Shown: piece by piece, positions 9,542-20,605 of the stretch
Numbering within the stretch: position 1 is the first letter of the stretch
How the letters are laid out: every line of letters starts with the position of its first letter
Origin: a virus
IMG/VR virus record: IMGVR_UViG_3300022602_000039
Coordinates: 1 to 64,000 of that record
Strand: one strand, 5' to 3'
DNA length: 64,000 nt
Notes under the pieces: model-generated
Seen by the model: the letters and a program-made list of their open reading frames with translations, nothing else
The model's database searches: none
Told to the model about the DNA's origin: nothing
Position numbers and translations under genes: made by a program

Positions 9542-9817
9542 TTACAGAGTCTTAATTCTCTTTTGATTATCTCTATAGATAGTTAACGCTTCAATAATGG
9601 AATCAAGATTACAGTTATCAAAGATAATCTTTGTAGCAGGCTTTGGATTCCTATCAAAGTGACCGGGATCGGTATCTTCTATAGCAAACTCTGACCATTG
9701 TTCACCATTATCCTTATAAGGTCGAATGTGGAGAATCTGATTACTCTCTCGAGCATCGCTCTCAAAAAGCTCGACTTGGACAGTACTTGTAATTCTATTT
9801 CTATTTCTAGTTTGCAT
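9542..9817 (-). CDS. Hypothetical protein, paralog of 128..397
   Basis: High identity; same promoter context. Confidence 0.7.
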   Translation of the reverse strand: MQTRNRNRITSTVQVELFESDARESNQILHIRPYKDNGEQWSEFAIEDTDPGHFDRNPKPATKIIFDNCNLDSIIEALTIYRDNQKRIKTL

Positions 9818-9850
9818 ACATGCATAATAATGCATTTTCATTATGAAAGC

Positions 9851-9938
9851 AAGAAAAAAAGGCCTCCGAAGCACTATTGTCTGTCATGAGCAATAAACTT
9901 ACCTATAACTATGGTCACAAGAAAGGTGCTTCGGAGGT
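9851..9938 (-). ncRNA. HNH-associated structured small RNA, duplicate of copy 1
   Basis: Identical to 431..518 except one change that gives a U-G pair on the minus strand. Confidence 0.7.
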
Positions 9939-9953
9939 ATAAATATATATGTC

Positions 9954-10088
9954 ATGAGCAATCAAACTACCACACAAGAACTCTCTAAAAATAAGAAAAG
10001 TAAAGATAGAAATAGAGATTATTACTTACGTAATAAAGAGAAATTAACAGCTACAACAATTCCAGTTGTATCCTTTTCAATAGTATAG
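9954..10088 (+). pseudogene. Truncated HNH endonuclease (first ~31 codons of the 534..1349 gene)
   Basis: MSNQTTTQELSKNKKSKDRNRDYYLRNKEKL, then unrelated sequence and a stop. Confidence 0.8.
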
Positions 10089-10155
10089 TGACTGATATGA
10101 CCTTTAAGAGACATTCCTTAATACTATAGGCATTCTATGGACTAGTCAAGATTTT

Positions 10156-10416
10156 TTACCCAATTAAATTCACATCACTATAATAATGACCAAACTCACT
10201 TAAAAAGGATTCAACTTTTTTAGAATCAGTAATACCTGTTCTTCTGATTAAATCTAAATCTAATTTTCTAACAAGCTCCTTAGCAGCCTCTTCTGTTCTA
10301 CAGACTGCTTTAAATTCATCATTATTTTCGCTGGAGCTAAATACTACAAAAACCTTATTGTCTATATCTTCATTAACAATATTCATATAAGCTTCTGTCA
10401 ATTTGTCAAACTTCAT
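10156..10416 (-). CDS. Late small protein with MKFDKLTE motif
   Basis: TAAATA-ataat-ATG context. Confidence 0.65.
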   Translation of the reverse strand: MKFDKLTEAYMNIVNEDIDNKVFVVFSSSENNDEFKAVCRTEEAAKELVRKLDLDLIRRTGITDSKKVESFLSEFGHYYSDVNLIG

Positions 10417-10607
10417 ATTATTATTTATCTTTTTATTCCTTTTTGTATGTGAAATAATGTACTTCATGCTCTGCATAAGCTGCAAAGCTCTTATTACACT
10501 CATCACATTCTACTTCAATAGTATCATTATGCCCTCTAAAATGCTCAAAAGAATCTCCACTCTCATGACCACAATAAGGACAAACTACTTCATCAGTATA
10601 GCTACAA

Positions 10608-11036
10608 TCAATTTCCTTTTCCATATTTCTCCTTTGTTCTATCAAAAGCATTATTATACACTACCTCAATAGGATTACCATCACATCCTAGATACTTTCC
10701 ATTCTCATCAAAGAGCTTATGGAACTCATCAATGATCATCTCATTCTGATAAACATCCCTTGCATACCATTCACCATATTTGCAACCATGTTTCCAAAGA
10801 GAATTCTCTACACTACAGCATCCTTCCTCACCACAGCTTTCACAAACTGGGCAATAAGGGCTTTCTCCAATGTCAATGTCATCTTCTTCCATGTTTATAA
10901 TTCTTGTATTTTGTTCTGAATAATGTTCCTTAATAGCCTTTTCAGCATCTTCATATGAATTATACTCAATACCATCTATAAAGCTCCAGCAATTACTAAA
11001 GTATCTTTGAATTCTAAAATGCTTCATATTAACCAA
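10608..11036 (-). CDS. Cys-containing hypothetical protein
   Basis: ORF track, in an overlapping operon. Confidence 0.6.
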   Translation of the reverse strand: MVNMKHFRIQRYFSNCWSFIDGIEYNSYEDAEKAIKEHYSEQNTRIINMEEDDIDIGESPYCPVCESCGEEGCCSVENSLWKHGCKYGEWYARDVYQNEMIIDEFHKLFDENGKYLGCDGNPIEVVYNNAFDRTKEKYGKGN

Positions 11037-11498
11037 AAATTACTTTGCCATTATACACAATATCCCAAGGATCTAATTCAAAGTCTCTTTCAGCTTTAAT
11101 ATAGCAATCAGCAATATAGAGACTCTTAAGTGATCTGATATACTCTGACATCTGCATAATCTGATCCAATGCCTTTAGTCCACAGCCAATAGTAATCTCT
11201 TCTTTCTTCTCTTTGATTAGGAGACCTAAAAGAGACTCTCTGATTGCAATCTTTTGTGGTATCCAATTCATATTAGTCATTCATATACCTCCTCATATAT
11301 CAGAGGAAAATTGGTATCTGATACAATGATTAGCTCTGATGTAACCTTTCCAAGACTTTCCCTAGTCTCATTACCATTAAGAATTTTATTAAGATAAACA
11401 ACACCATTTTCCTTTCTATCAAATGATACTAGTTCATTAGTGTCTTTGTTTTTATATGTCTTCATAATCTTATTCTATATGCTTTAGGAGGAGGTGTC

Positions 11499-11581
11499 AA
11501 GAAGAACCTCCGGGATACGATTGTCTGTCATGATCAATATAATACAAACAGCTATGGCTGTAAGAAATGTACCCCGGAGGC
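11499..11581 (-). ncRNA. HNH-associated structured small RNA, copy 2
   Basis: Stem cctccgggatac/gtaccccggagg (G-U on minus); hairpin acagc-tatg-gctgt; 11527-11536 repeats 11594-11603. Confidence 0.7.
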
Positions 11582-11596
11582 ATAAATAATTTAGTC

Positions 11597-12385
11597 ATGA
11601 TCACAAATAATACCACGCAAGAATCGTCTGTTGACGAAAAGATATTAAAACACAAAGAAGCTAAAAGAGAGTATTATAGGCAATACGCTTTAAAAAAGAA
11701 AGCTCTTAATCCAAATCATTACAAGGATTGGTATCAAAGAAATAGAGAACGTATTCGTAGTGATGAAGAGAGAACAAAAAGAACTAAAGAATACACTAAA
11801 CAATGGTATCAAGAAAATAGAGAACGCGAATTAAAGAAAGCAAAAGAATATCAAAAGAATAATAGAGAAGTGAGAAGCGAATATGTAAGAAATTGGCTCA
11901 AAGCCAATCCTGACAAATATGAAAAGCATTTAGAAAGCACCACAGAATGGATAAAGAAAAATAAAAAAAGAATAAGAAGCCGTACAAACAAAAAATATCA
12001 AACAGATCCCCAGTATAAGCTTAGCAATACATTAAGAACCCGTATTAATCATGCTGTAAAAAATCATAACGTATGTAAAAGTGCTTCTACTATGAAGCTT
12101 GTAGGGTGTGATATAACTACTTTAAAAGAGCATATCGAATCACAATTCGTAGAGGGAATGAGTTGGGATAACTACAACCATAAAACATGGCATATAGATC
12201 ATATCAAGCCGTGTAATGCTTTTGATTTATCGGATCCTGAGCAGCAAAAACAATGCTTTCATTATACCAATTTGAGACCTCTTTGGGCTACAGATAATTT
12301 AAAAAGACCTAAGGATGGTCGCGATGTTCTTTTGGACGAATCGCCGCTGTCACCCTTATTACCCATTGAGATTCAGTCTCACTAA
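11597..12385 (+). CDS. His-Me/HNH endonuclease
   Basis: WHIDHIKPC...CFHYTNLRPLW; start moved to MITNNTTQES after TAAATA. Confidence 0.85.
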   Translation: MITNNTTQESSVDEKILKHKEAKREYYRQYALKKKALNPNHYKDWYQRNRERIRSDEERTKRTKEYTKQWYQENRERELKKAKEYQKNNREVRSEYVRNWLKANPDKYEKHLESTTEWIKKNKKRIRSRTNKKYQTDPQYKLSNTLRTRINHAVKNHNVCKSASTMKLVGCDITTLKEHIESQFVEGMSWDNYNHKTWHIDHIKPCNAFDLSDPEQQKQCFHYTNLRPLWATDNLKRPKDGRDVLLDESPLSPLLPIEIQSH

Positions 12386-13004
12386 CATCCCAGAGAAGAT
12401 TAACAATCTCTGACTTCTCTCCTCTTGGCAAATTAGGCATAGCTTTATCAATGCTCTTCCAAATATCACTCCAATCAGCTGTGTCCTTATTCTCAATAGC
12501 ATTAGCAATCTTCTTCCAAAGCTTCTTAGGGATCTTAAAGTCCTTATGCTCAATTGCTCCTTGAACTACAGGCAAAGGAACACCAGTGTGTGAGTGCGGA
12601 GCGTCGAAATCCCTTGTATAGTCTGCCCATCCGTCGTTCCTCTTAAAAGCTTTGTACCTTCTAAGAGTTTTTTGAACTTCATATCCAAGAGTAGCATCGC
12701 CTACCTTCTCTTGATTGTAAATACCCCAAGAAGCGTCGAGATGACCTCCAAGGTCTGGATCCTTAAAGAGAGTATCTCTTATAAATTTATGACAAGCCCT
12801 CCTATCCTCATAATCGATACAATGATCGAAAGCTTCGCTCAAAGCATAATCAACCTGGCCCAAGCGTAAGCGCTGATACACCTCTAACGCACGGATTATT
12901 ACGTTTAGGTGTTCCTCTTGAAATTCTACAACAACCGGTTGACGTACCTTTTCTTTATAGCTTTTGGCAGCTGCTTTAAGAGTCTTTGCGGCTTTCTTAT
13001 TCAT
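12309..13004 (-). CDS. Hypothetical protein
   Basis: TTGCCG-17-TATTAT promoter before MNKKA; N-terminal fragment duplicated near 14250-14350. Confidence 0.7.
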   Translation of the reverse strand: MNKKAAKTLKAAAKSYKEKVRQPVVVEFQEEHLNVIIRALEVYQRLRLGQVDYALSEAFDHCIDYEDRRACHKFIRDTLFKDPDLGGHLDASWGIYNQEKVGDATLGYEVQKTLRRYKAFKRNDGWADYTRDFDAPHSHTGVPLPVVQGAIEHKDFKIPKKLWKKIANAIENKDTADWSDIWKSIDKAMPNLPRGEKSEIVNLLWDVSETESQWVIRVTAAIRPKEHRDHP

Positions 13005-13037
13005 ACACCTATAATACATGATATCGTAGGCATCGGC

Positions 13038-13121
13038 AAGAAGAAACTCCTAGGCGTTGTTGGAACTGCGATGAACACAAACACAAACCGTAGAATGTAT
13101 ACGGAAAGAACGCCTAGGAGC
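13038..13121 (-). ncRNA. HNH-associated structured small RNA, copy 3
   Basis: Stem ctcctaggcgtt/aacgcctaggag; hairpin ccgta/tacgg; 13067-13077 repeats 13133-13143. Confidence 0.7.
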
Positions 13122-13136
13122 ATAAATATTTATGCG

Positions 13137-14003
13137 ATGAACAACACAACTCAACAACCGTCTACTGTAATAACCAACTGCTTATACTGCAGCAAAGAGT
13201 TTTCTTTTTACCCTCCTTCGCGTAATAGAAGATATTGCTCACGAAAATGTTCGGGGATTCATGCAGCAAGTAAGCGACCATCATTAACCGTAACAGCTAA
13301 CTGTAAAATCTGTAATAAAGAGTTTTCTTTCTTCCAGTGCAAGAAAGCAAAATATTGCTCAATGGCGTGTCGTGCGAAAGGTAGAATAAAGCCAGGTACT
13401 GCAGAACGCAAAAAACAATATGTTTTGGAGCATAAAGAATATCACAGTATAAAGTCTAAAGAGTGTTACGAGAGAAATAAAGAAAGATATAAAGAAAAAG
13501 GTAAAGAAAGGCGTAAGGATCCAGAGTACAAAAAACGAACAGCAGAGTATCAAAGAAACTATCTCAAAGATCCTAAGACTAAAGAGCGCATGAAAGAGTA
13601 CTATAAGGAATATAACGAGCTAACAAAAGATCGTAGAAACGAACTTACTAGAGCTTTATATAGAAAATATATTAAAGATCCAAAGCATAAGATAAAACGT
13701 AAGCTACGTAATAGATTATACAGTGCGTTAAAAGCTAAAAACGCTGAGAAACAATTAAGTGCTATAGCTCTTGTTGGATGCTCTATAGAAGATCTAAAGA
13801 AGCATATAGAATCCCAATGGTTACCAGGGATGACTTGGGAGAATCATACTATAAATGGTTGGCATGTTGATCATATAATGCCTTGTAATACATTTGACTT
13901 AACCAATATAGAAGAACAAAAGAAATGCTTTCACTATACTAATCTGAGACCTCTCTGGGGACCTGATAATGTATCCAGGCCCCATGATGGTAGTGATCTT
14001 TAG
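13137..14003 (+). CDS. His-Me/HNH endonuclease with two N-terminal CxxC..YCS.xC zinc fingers
   Basis: WHVDHIMPC...CFHYTNLRPLW; start moved to MNNTTQQPS. Confidence 0.85.
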   Translation: MNNTTQQPSTVITNCLYCSKEFSFYPPSRNRRYCSRKCSGIHAASKRPSLTVTANCKICNKEFSFFQCKKAKYCSMACRAKGRIKPGTAERKKQYVLEHKEYHSIKSKECYERNKERYKEKGKERRKDPEYKKRTAEYQRNYLKDPKTKERMKEYYKEYNELTKDRRNELTRALYRKYIKDPKHKIKRKLRNRLYSALKAKNAEKQLSAIALVGCSIEDLKKHIESQWLPGMTWENHTINGWHVDHIMPCNTFDLTNIEEQKKCFHYTNLRPLWGPDNVSRPHDGSDL

Positions 14004-14242
14004 GACACTTCAAACTCTTCAATATAAGCATGAGCTTCACTAACAAGATCTTCTTTGCTCATCTTAAGATAAGGATTCATACTTTTGTTCTTCTTGAGTA
14101 AAATCTCATTTACAACAAAATTAATAGCATTATTCTTTTCAGCAAAAATCTTATAAACACTAGGAGTATCAAACTCCCCTGTACCATCAAATACAACATA
14201 CACTTTATTCATAAAACTTTCAACTAGTTTATCAAACTTCAT
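14000..14242 (-). CDS. Late small protein with MKFDKLVE motif
   Basis: TAAATA-ataat-ATG; KVYVVF segment resembles 10156..10416. Confidence 0.65.
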   Translation of the reverse strand: MKFDKLVESFMNKVYVVFDGTGEFDTPSVYKIFAEKNNAINFVVNEILLKKNKSMNPYLKMSKEDLVSEAHAYIEEFEVS

Positions 14243-14372
14243 ATTATTATTTATTCTGAAACTCAATAGTAACAGGCTGTCGAACTTTCTCTTTATAGCT
14301 CTTTGCAGCCTTCTTGAGATTCTTTTTAGCTTGTGCTTTAGTAGTCATTATGCTTTTATAATATATGAATCC

Positions 14373-14570
14373 TTAGGACTCTTCAAGCTCAAAATCTACA
14401 TCACTGATCAGATCAATCTCTACAGGTGCATCATAGATATACTCTTTGGCTAAATCCTTACAAAGTTTGTGACACTCCTTGAACAGAGCTACACCTTTAA
14501 GATCATCCTCTACATCCATGATCTCATCAATCTCAATGACAACTCTGCCTTGTACTCTAATTGCTTTCAT
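14373..14570 (-). CDS. Hypothetical protein, paralog of 5335..5544
   Basis: Translation comparison. Confidence 0.7.
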   Translation of the reverse strand: MKAIRVQGRVVIEIDEIMDVEDDLKGVALFKECHKLCKDLAKEYIYDAPVEIDLISDVDFELEES

Positions 14571-14601
14571 TATTACAGTCTATATGATTCTTTAGGACAC
14601 T

Positions 14602-14976
14602 TCAAGCTTCATCTGAATAAAGAAGCTTCTGAGCACAATCTATAGCATCATCTAGGTTATCAAACTCCTCACAAGTCACAGACCACTTTGATGGTTTTCT
14701 ATTTCTCCCTGCTACCTCTCTTCCAGTAACATCAAGAATAAGAATTTCCCCAAGAGAAAACACAGGAAGACAAACATGAACTACATCTTCCCTTGAGATA
14801 CCATCATTCTCTTCATCATCATAGAACCTATAAGCTTTGTAACCACAAGCATTAGCCATAGTCATTACATCTTCTTCTGTCTTTCTATCTCTTACAAGAA
14901 GATCATCATACTTGTTCCCATCTTCGATATGTTTAGGAACCCAAGTAATAACTCCAAATGTATAATCTTTATTCAT
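14602..14976 (-). CDS. Hypothetical protein, paralog of 1356..1739
   Basis: Translation comparison. Confidence 0.75.
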   Translation of the reverse strand: MNKDYTFGVITWVPKHIEDGNKYDDLLVRDRKTEEDVMTMANACGYKAYRFYDDEENDGISREDVVHVCLPVFSLGEILILDVTGREVAGRNRKPSKWSVTCEEFDNLDDAIDCAQKLLYSDEA

Positions 14977-15007
14977 TTTTATAGTCTATAGGAATTTTTA
15001 GGACACT

Positions 15008-15808
15008 TCAAGCTTCTTCTTCTCCAAAGAACTTTAGACCTTTGAGTTCTGCTAAAGACTTTGCTGCTCCTTGTACCATCAGAGTATTGTAATGTTCATC
15101 TTCAGCCTTTCCTAGCCTGAGATAAAGAGTTTGGAATAGAGTTGCCAATCGAATAGCTTCATCTCTTTGCTCTTCAACCTCTCTTTGTTGCTTTACACCT
15201 TCTTCAAACAATTCATGCCATCTATTTCTTTCATCAGTTAACACCTTTATTGATTCTTCTAGAAGAATTAACTCATCCCTCTCCTTAAGATACTTCAAAC
15301 AGATCTGAGGAACAAACCTACCAAGATCCTCAACTTCAGCATTCAAGTTAATATAATCAGAGACTTCATTCCACTGATTCATGACCTTTAGAGCTTCTTC
15401 TTTCCATTGCCTCAACTCATTATTCACATCTCTGAGATCATTGATCTCCCTCTCATCCTCTTGAGTTTTGACCCACAGAGCATCTCTTTCTAATTTAAGT
15501 TCATCATACTTCTTAACAAGCTCCTCAACACATGCTAATGTTCCAGGAACACAATAGCTATCTCCTTCAATAAACTCCTTTCCTATAATAGGCTCTAGCA
15601 TCTCTTCAATCTTTGTGTCATCATAAGCCCATTCATCAAAGGCTCTATCAATAAGCTCCTCTTTTTCTTCTAGCTTCTTTTCAAACCATTCAAGCCTAAA
15701 CTCTGGGTTATCATAATCATAAGGACAATTCATATTATTATCTCTTGTGTTCTTTATAGTCTCTGCTCCTCTAAGGATTTGATTTATCTTATCTTGATAT
15801 CCAATCAT
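15008..15808 (-). CDS. Mosaic coiled-coil hypothetical protein
   Basis: MIGYQD module, ALWVKTQED module, and C-terminus shared with 1771..2265. Confidence 0.7.
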   Translation of the reverse strand: MIGYQDKINQILRGAETIKNTRDNNMNCPYDYDNPEFRLEWFEKKLEEKEELIDRAFDEWAYDDTKIEEMLEPIIGKEFIEGDSYCVPGTLACVEELVKKYDELKLERDALWVKTQEDEREINDLRDVNNELRQWKEEALKVMNQWNEVSDYINLNAEVEDLGRFVPQICLKYLKERDELILLEESIKVLTDERNRWHELFEEGVKQQREVEEQRDEAIRLATLFQTLYLRLGKAEDEHYNTLMVQGAAKSLAELKGLKFFGEEEA

Positions 15809-15932
15809 ATTAGAGATGCTTAAAACAAATTACTTCACCAGAGATCAGATAATAGACATAGAGTGCTGCAATAGTTGCAATGACTGTATAAAAAAGGTTC
15901 TTAAGTTGTTTCATAATCTTATTCTATATGCT

Positions 15933-16319
15933 TTAGGAGGAGGTGTCAAGCTTTTCTTCTTTTGAAACAGGTGTAATAGCACTCTGAACAATCTCTGGAA
16001 ACTCTCTGAGAATAGGAATCAATACTTTTGGTATAGGTGTATTCTCTACAATAACTTTTGCAAGCACTTCATGTTTGCTTCTCCAATAAGATGCATTTTC
16101 AGAATATTTATGAGCAGTTTTTTCCCAAACTTCCTTTAGTTTTTTCCACTGATCAACAGCATCCCTTAGCTGATTAATCTCCCTCTCATCCTCTTGAGTT
16201 TTGACCCATAGAGCATCTTTCTCTAGCTTCAAAGCTTCAAACTGTTCAACAAAACTCTTCATCTCTTGAACATCTTCTTTGATCTGTTTATGATCTTCTT
16301 TAATAAAATTGTGAATCAT
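15933..16319 (-). CDS. Coiled-coil hypothetical protein ending in promoter-encoded LDTSS
   Basis: N-terminus shared with 1771..2265. Confidence 0.7.
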   Translation of the reverse strand: MIHNFIKEDHKQIKEDVQEMKSFVEQFEALKLEKDALWVKTQEDEREINQLRDAVDQWKKLKEVWEKTAHKYSENASYWRSKHEVLAKVIVENTPIPKVLIPILREFPEIVQSAITPVSKEEKLDTSS

Positions 16320-16570
16320 AATCTTATTCTAAAATATGATTCTTAATCATCTCAAGAAGAGAATCAATACTCTCTTTAACTGAACCTTCAATCTTAATTA
16401 CTGTCTTTAAAACATTGCCTTCAAAGCCCTTCATTGGATCATTTGGATCCTTTGGAACTGGCAATGCACTATCTCCATCCCAATAAATGAGACTGATGAG
16501 ATTGTTATTCCTATCAATTGATATTTTATAATTGTCCATTATTATAGTCTATATGCTTTAGGAGGAGGTG

Positions 16571-17179
16571 TCAAGCAAAATAGATTTTAAAGAGATCATC
16601 CCTTGTTGTAACAAATGTTGGATGAGTTGGTACATCCTTGTTAACATTATGCCAATAATTATCAAAGTCATTAGGATTATATGAAATTTCATTCTTAATT
16701 GAACCTCTTAGAACTGTTACCTTTAATCCTTTTTGAATACAATTATTTAGAAGCTTTCTATAAAACTCAATACCAAGTTTATTAGCTGTTTTATCAGAGA
16801 TTAGTGATGTATAATATTTTGGTAAAAAGTTAAGAATAAAGTTTCTAATCAAACCTGTATTACTGTCTGTATTCCTCTGCCACACACCTCTACTAAAATT
16901 ATTACCTTTATTAGATGCAATCTCCATAAAAGCATCTGTTAGATTATCTTTTACAAGACAAAATGTTACTTGATCCTCATTAAACCCATCTTGAACTTTG
17001 TATACATCCCAATTCTGAAATTTGTCAAATGGTTTATTATCTGTAATAATTTTTTGAGTTACTTCTCTATTATGTTTAATGTCATTCATTTGCTCATTAA
17101 ACACAGCATCATAGTACATAGGACTTTCAACAAAGAAAGATGTTTGTAAATATGATTCTATAGCCTCATCAAATTTCAT
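16571..17179 (-). CDS. Hypothetical protein with MKFDEAIE motif
   Basis: 202-aa ORF, TAAGTA motif upstream. Confidence 0.7.
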   Translation of the reverse strand: MKFDEAIESYLQTSFFVESPMYYDAVFNEQMNDIKHNREVTQKIITDNKPFDKFQNWDVYKVQDGFNEDQVTFCLVKDNLTDAFMEIASNKGNNFSRGVWQRNTDSNTGLIRNFILNFLPKYYTSLISDKTANKLGIEFYRKLLNNCIQKGLKVTVLRGSIKNEISYNPNDFDNYWHNVNKDVPTHPTFVTTRDDLFKIYFA

Positions 17180-17397
17180 TATTGATACTTATTCTATATG
17201 CTTTAGGAGGAGGTGTCAAGAAACACATCAATAATACCAAAAGGAACATTCAACTCACCAATTTTGCAAACTGGAGTCGGAGGTTCATCATTGTATTGAT
17301 ATGGACTAAATGTTGGTAGCAATTGAATATACTTTAATGCTGCTGGATCTACTGTTATTTTGCTGTTTTGTGTGTTCATAATCTTATTCTATATGCT

Positions 17398-17889
17398 TTA
17401 GGAGGAGGTGTCAAGGTTATTATCTTTCAATTCATTCCAAGTAAACTCATCTAAGGAATCTCTATTCTCTTCAGATAAAACTGTTTCAATAAAAGCATCA
17501 CAATCAGAACAGAATAGATCTTTATTTCCTGCTTGATTTGTTACAATATAGCATCTGTAATGTCCACATCCTTCAGCAACTGTTGGTACAAAATCTTTAG
17601 GAATGTTATCATCCAACCACTCTTTTGGTCTCTCTGTAAACTTTCCTTCTTCTCCTAAGAGACTATAATAAGCTGTCTCCAATCCAATAAGCATACCATA
17701 CATATACTCATTGCAGTTGTAGTTGCCATTCTGCTTTTGGATGTCAATAAGACCTTTAATCTTTTCTGCTGCTTCTTTCATATGAATCTTATCAATAGCT
17801 CCCTCAAATACTGTTCTAATATGTTCTCCTTCAACTTTCATATCATTGATAAAGTCATTGACTGTAAAGGTTGGTGTTTGTTCTTTCAT
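17398..17889 (-). CDS. Hypothetical protein ending in promoter-encoded LDTSS
   Basis: ORF track. Confidence 0.65.
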   Translation of the reverse strand: MKEQTPTFTVNDFINDMKVEGEHIRTVFEGAIDKIHMKEAAEKIKGLIDIQKQNGNYNCNEYMYGMLIGLETAYYSLLGEEGKFTERPKEWLDDNIPKDFVPTVAEGCGHYRCYIVTNQAGNKDLFCSDCDAFIETVLSEENRDSLDEFTWNELKDNNLDTSS

Positions 17890-18956
17890 ATCTAATCTCT
17901 GTTCCTTCTGTTGATGTATTTACAAAACCATCAGCACAATCTGGTCCTTTATATGGCTTCCATTTGTCATGTTGTATAGGACCAGTAAACCTCTCATCCA
18001 AATAAGGACTATGACCTGTCCACACAAGCTTCTCAATTAGCTTCTGAATGATAATAGACTGATCCATAATACAGTCACTGTTATGATTAACAAGCTTTTG
18101 AAGCTCATCAATCTTTTTAGTTAGTTCATCTAATTGTTGTGGGATGTTCATAAATTAATCCTTATCAAAGAATCCAAGCATAGCTAATGCAAGTAACCCT
18201 ACTCCTGTTCCTAGAACAAAAAGAAAAGGACACCAAAAGCAAAGCTCTAAAATTAAATCTCTAGTTTGTGGAGTCATATTATTTTTACCAGGCTGGAAGG
18301 TTCTTACTAATGTCCCATCCCTCTGCTTCATATTTCTTTTCAAGTCTTTCTAGGATAGGCTTTAGAAAGTCATTGAGTTCTTTACTTGTACAATTCTCTT
18401 CACAGCTTAGATAATAGAACATACCTTTATAATAAGTCTCCCAGTAATATCCTTTCCCTCTTAATTGACCAATCATTGTAGATGGCAAACCTGTAGCATC
18501 ATAAAATATCTTTTTCTTCTTCATACTATGATGCTAATCTATTTCCTGGTTTATATCCAGCAGCTTGTAAAACTTCATCTCTAGCTTCCAATAACTTTTC
18601 AGATGGTAAAAAATAAGGCTCAACACATCTTAGAAGCTTATCAATAGCTTTACCTAAGTCTTCTCTCCTTTCTTCATAAATGAGTCTATGAAGATCTTTA
18701 GCCAATCTATCCTTAATGAGTTCCTCTGCTATTTTATTACCAGTCATTGTCAGAGGTTCTTGATAATACTCTGCAAAGAATTCAAGTTTAGCTCTATGTC
18801 TAATCCTACCACTATTAGTAAATTCTGTAGTGTATTGAATCTTATCTGTAAAGTCTTTGTCTTTCATTTTATTTTACAAAAAGAGTTGCTACATAAATTA
18901 ACATTAGCACAATAGATACTATACCAAAGATAACTTTAAATAACTCAAAGTCCATT

Positions 18957-19427
18957 TTAGACTCCTACATATTCCAAAAGATATTCAATCTCCTTTTTAA
19001 TGTTAACAACAATACTAGTATTTCTTTCAATAGTAGCACACAGAGGAATCGAGTGTTGAGGCTTAATGTCTTGTGGATCATCACAAGCTGGAGCTACGAA
19101 TGTAACAGGCTCAAGCTTCTTAACCAATTTTTGAATAAGATCATATGTATGATGAATATTCTCTTCTAGGTTCATCAGAGCATCATCAACAGGACTAGCT
19201 TTCTTTGCAGCAAGATTAGGCTCATCATTCCAGCAACTAGTGGAAACAGATAATTTATCTTTTGTTTGTTTGTGATACTCTTCTTGAAGCATTTTTATAT
19301 ACTCATCAGTTGAAACTTCAGGAGAATAACTTGTTTGACCTTGTGCTGCTTGTTTTTGAAGAATCCTCTCTACTACAGATTCAATAAATTCCTCAGTGTT
19401 GTTTTGGAGTTTTGGGTTCTTAGCCAT
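18957..19427 (-). CDS. Hypothetical protein
   Basis: TTGACA-17-TATAAT promoter at ~19435-19463 then ATG. Confidence 0.7.
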   Translation of the reverse strand: MAKNPKLQNNTEEFIESVVERILQKQAAQGQTSYSPEVSTDEYIKMLQEEYHKQTKDKLSVSTSCWNDEPNLAAKKASPVDDALMNLEENIHHTYDLIQKLVKKLEPVTFVAPACDDPQDIKPQHSIPLCATIERNTSIVVNIKKEIEYLLEYVGV

Positions 19428-20605
19428 AAAATGATTATATGTTAATTTGTTCTATTGTCAAGAATTATTCCTGTTTGTACTCATACTAACCTACCTTAAA
19501 GAAATGTAGTCCTAAATTACCAATGTTGCATTGTATAGCAACAAATCTTGTACTCTTCTTAGGACTAGAATACTCATAGTTATGTGTACCAAAGAATCTT
19601 ACAAAAGGTCTCCAAGAGACTCTAAATGTATATTTGGTATTGAATAGAACTGTACTATAGTCAATTAAAAATGTTTCTTCCATATTACTTTTTTCTCTTT
19701 ACATTTACTGTGATCTCTACATCTAAGTCTCTTAGATCTTGTAAATTCATAAAAGGATATGGTGTTGGTAGCTTAAAATTACTATCTGGAATGTTATCAC
19801 CAACTCCCCAAAGAGTCATATGTGTTTTAGGATAATGAAATATACCATCATCATTATTTGTTTCTATTTCACTAACCTTTGCAAAGATTTTGTATTTCAT
19901 TTCAAAAAGTATAATACAGTAAAGTAAAGTGTCCAGACAAAAAAGGCAAAGATGAGGCAAAAGAATCCAAGTAATGCTGTACCCAGATCACCAAGCCAAG
20001 TACTACCAGCATCATTTAGATTTATCAGACCAAAGATAACACAAGCAATGGATAGAATAATAGGAATCCAAATGGATGAGAATGAAATTGTAAGTGCTAG
20101 GATCATATTAATTTACAGCCTTTTCTGTTGTCTCATCATAAGCAAAGTTTTCCATCTGCTTAATATATCTCAAAGCTGTCTGATGTCTAGTCTCATTTTC
20201 ATAACAACTAGAAACATTTAGAATTAGCTCATAGTAAAGATCAGAAAGTTTTTCATACTTCTTTCTATTAACAACCCCATCAAATGCTTCTACATTATGC
20301 ATCTCCATCCAATTATATAGCCTTTTAGCAGCAGCAATGATATCTGGTGGTACATCATTTACAGGTAGATAGATGTCATTGTTCATAGATTAAATGCTTT
20401 CTCTACCTCTTTATCAAACTTGTTGAGAGCAGAAATTATAATATCTCTTTTATTAATATCATATGGTTCTAACTCTTCAGCTAAAGTAGTAATAAACTCT
20501 GTTGTAGCTTTCATTACATTACTTCTAATAACAGAAAGCTCATCATGTTCTTCTAGTCCAGTTAGAACTTCTTTTAGGAAATTTTTAATCTCTTCTCTTT
20601 TCATA

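Noticed and set aside
12909-13136. Long N-terminal extensions in the ORF track (also starts at 454, 9874, 11567, 21822, 21909, 30512, 46605)
   Set aside because: They run through RNA elements or neighbouring features; promoter position and the shared TTQE/TTQQ start motif point to shorter starts.
128-16319. Diversity-generating retroelement behind the near-duplicate segments
   Set aside because: No reverse transcriptase is in the window, and the differences include indels and are not evidently adenine-restricted.
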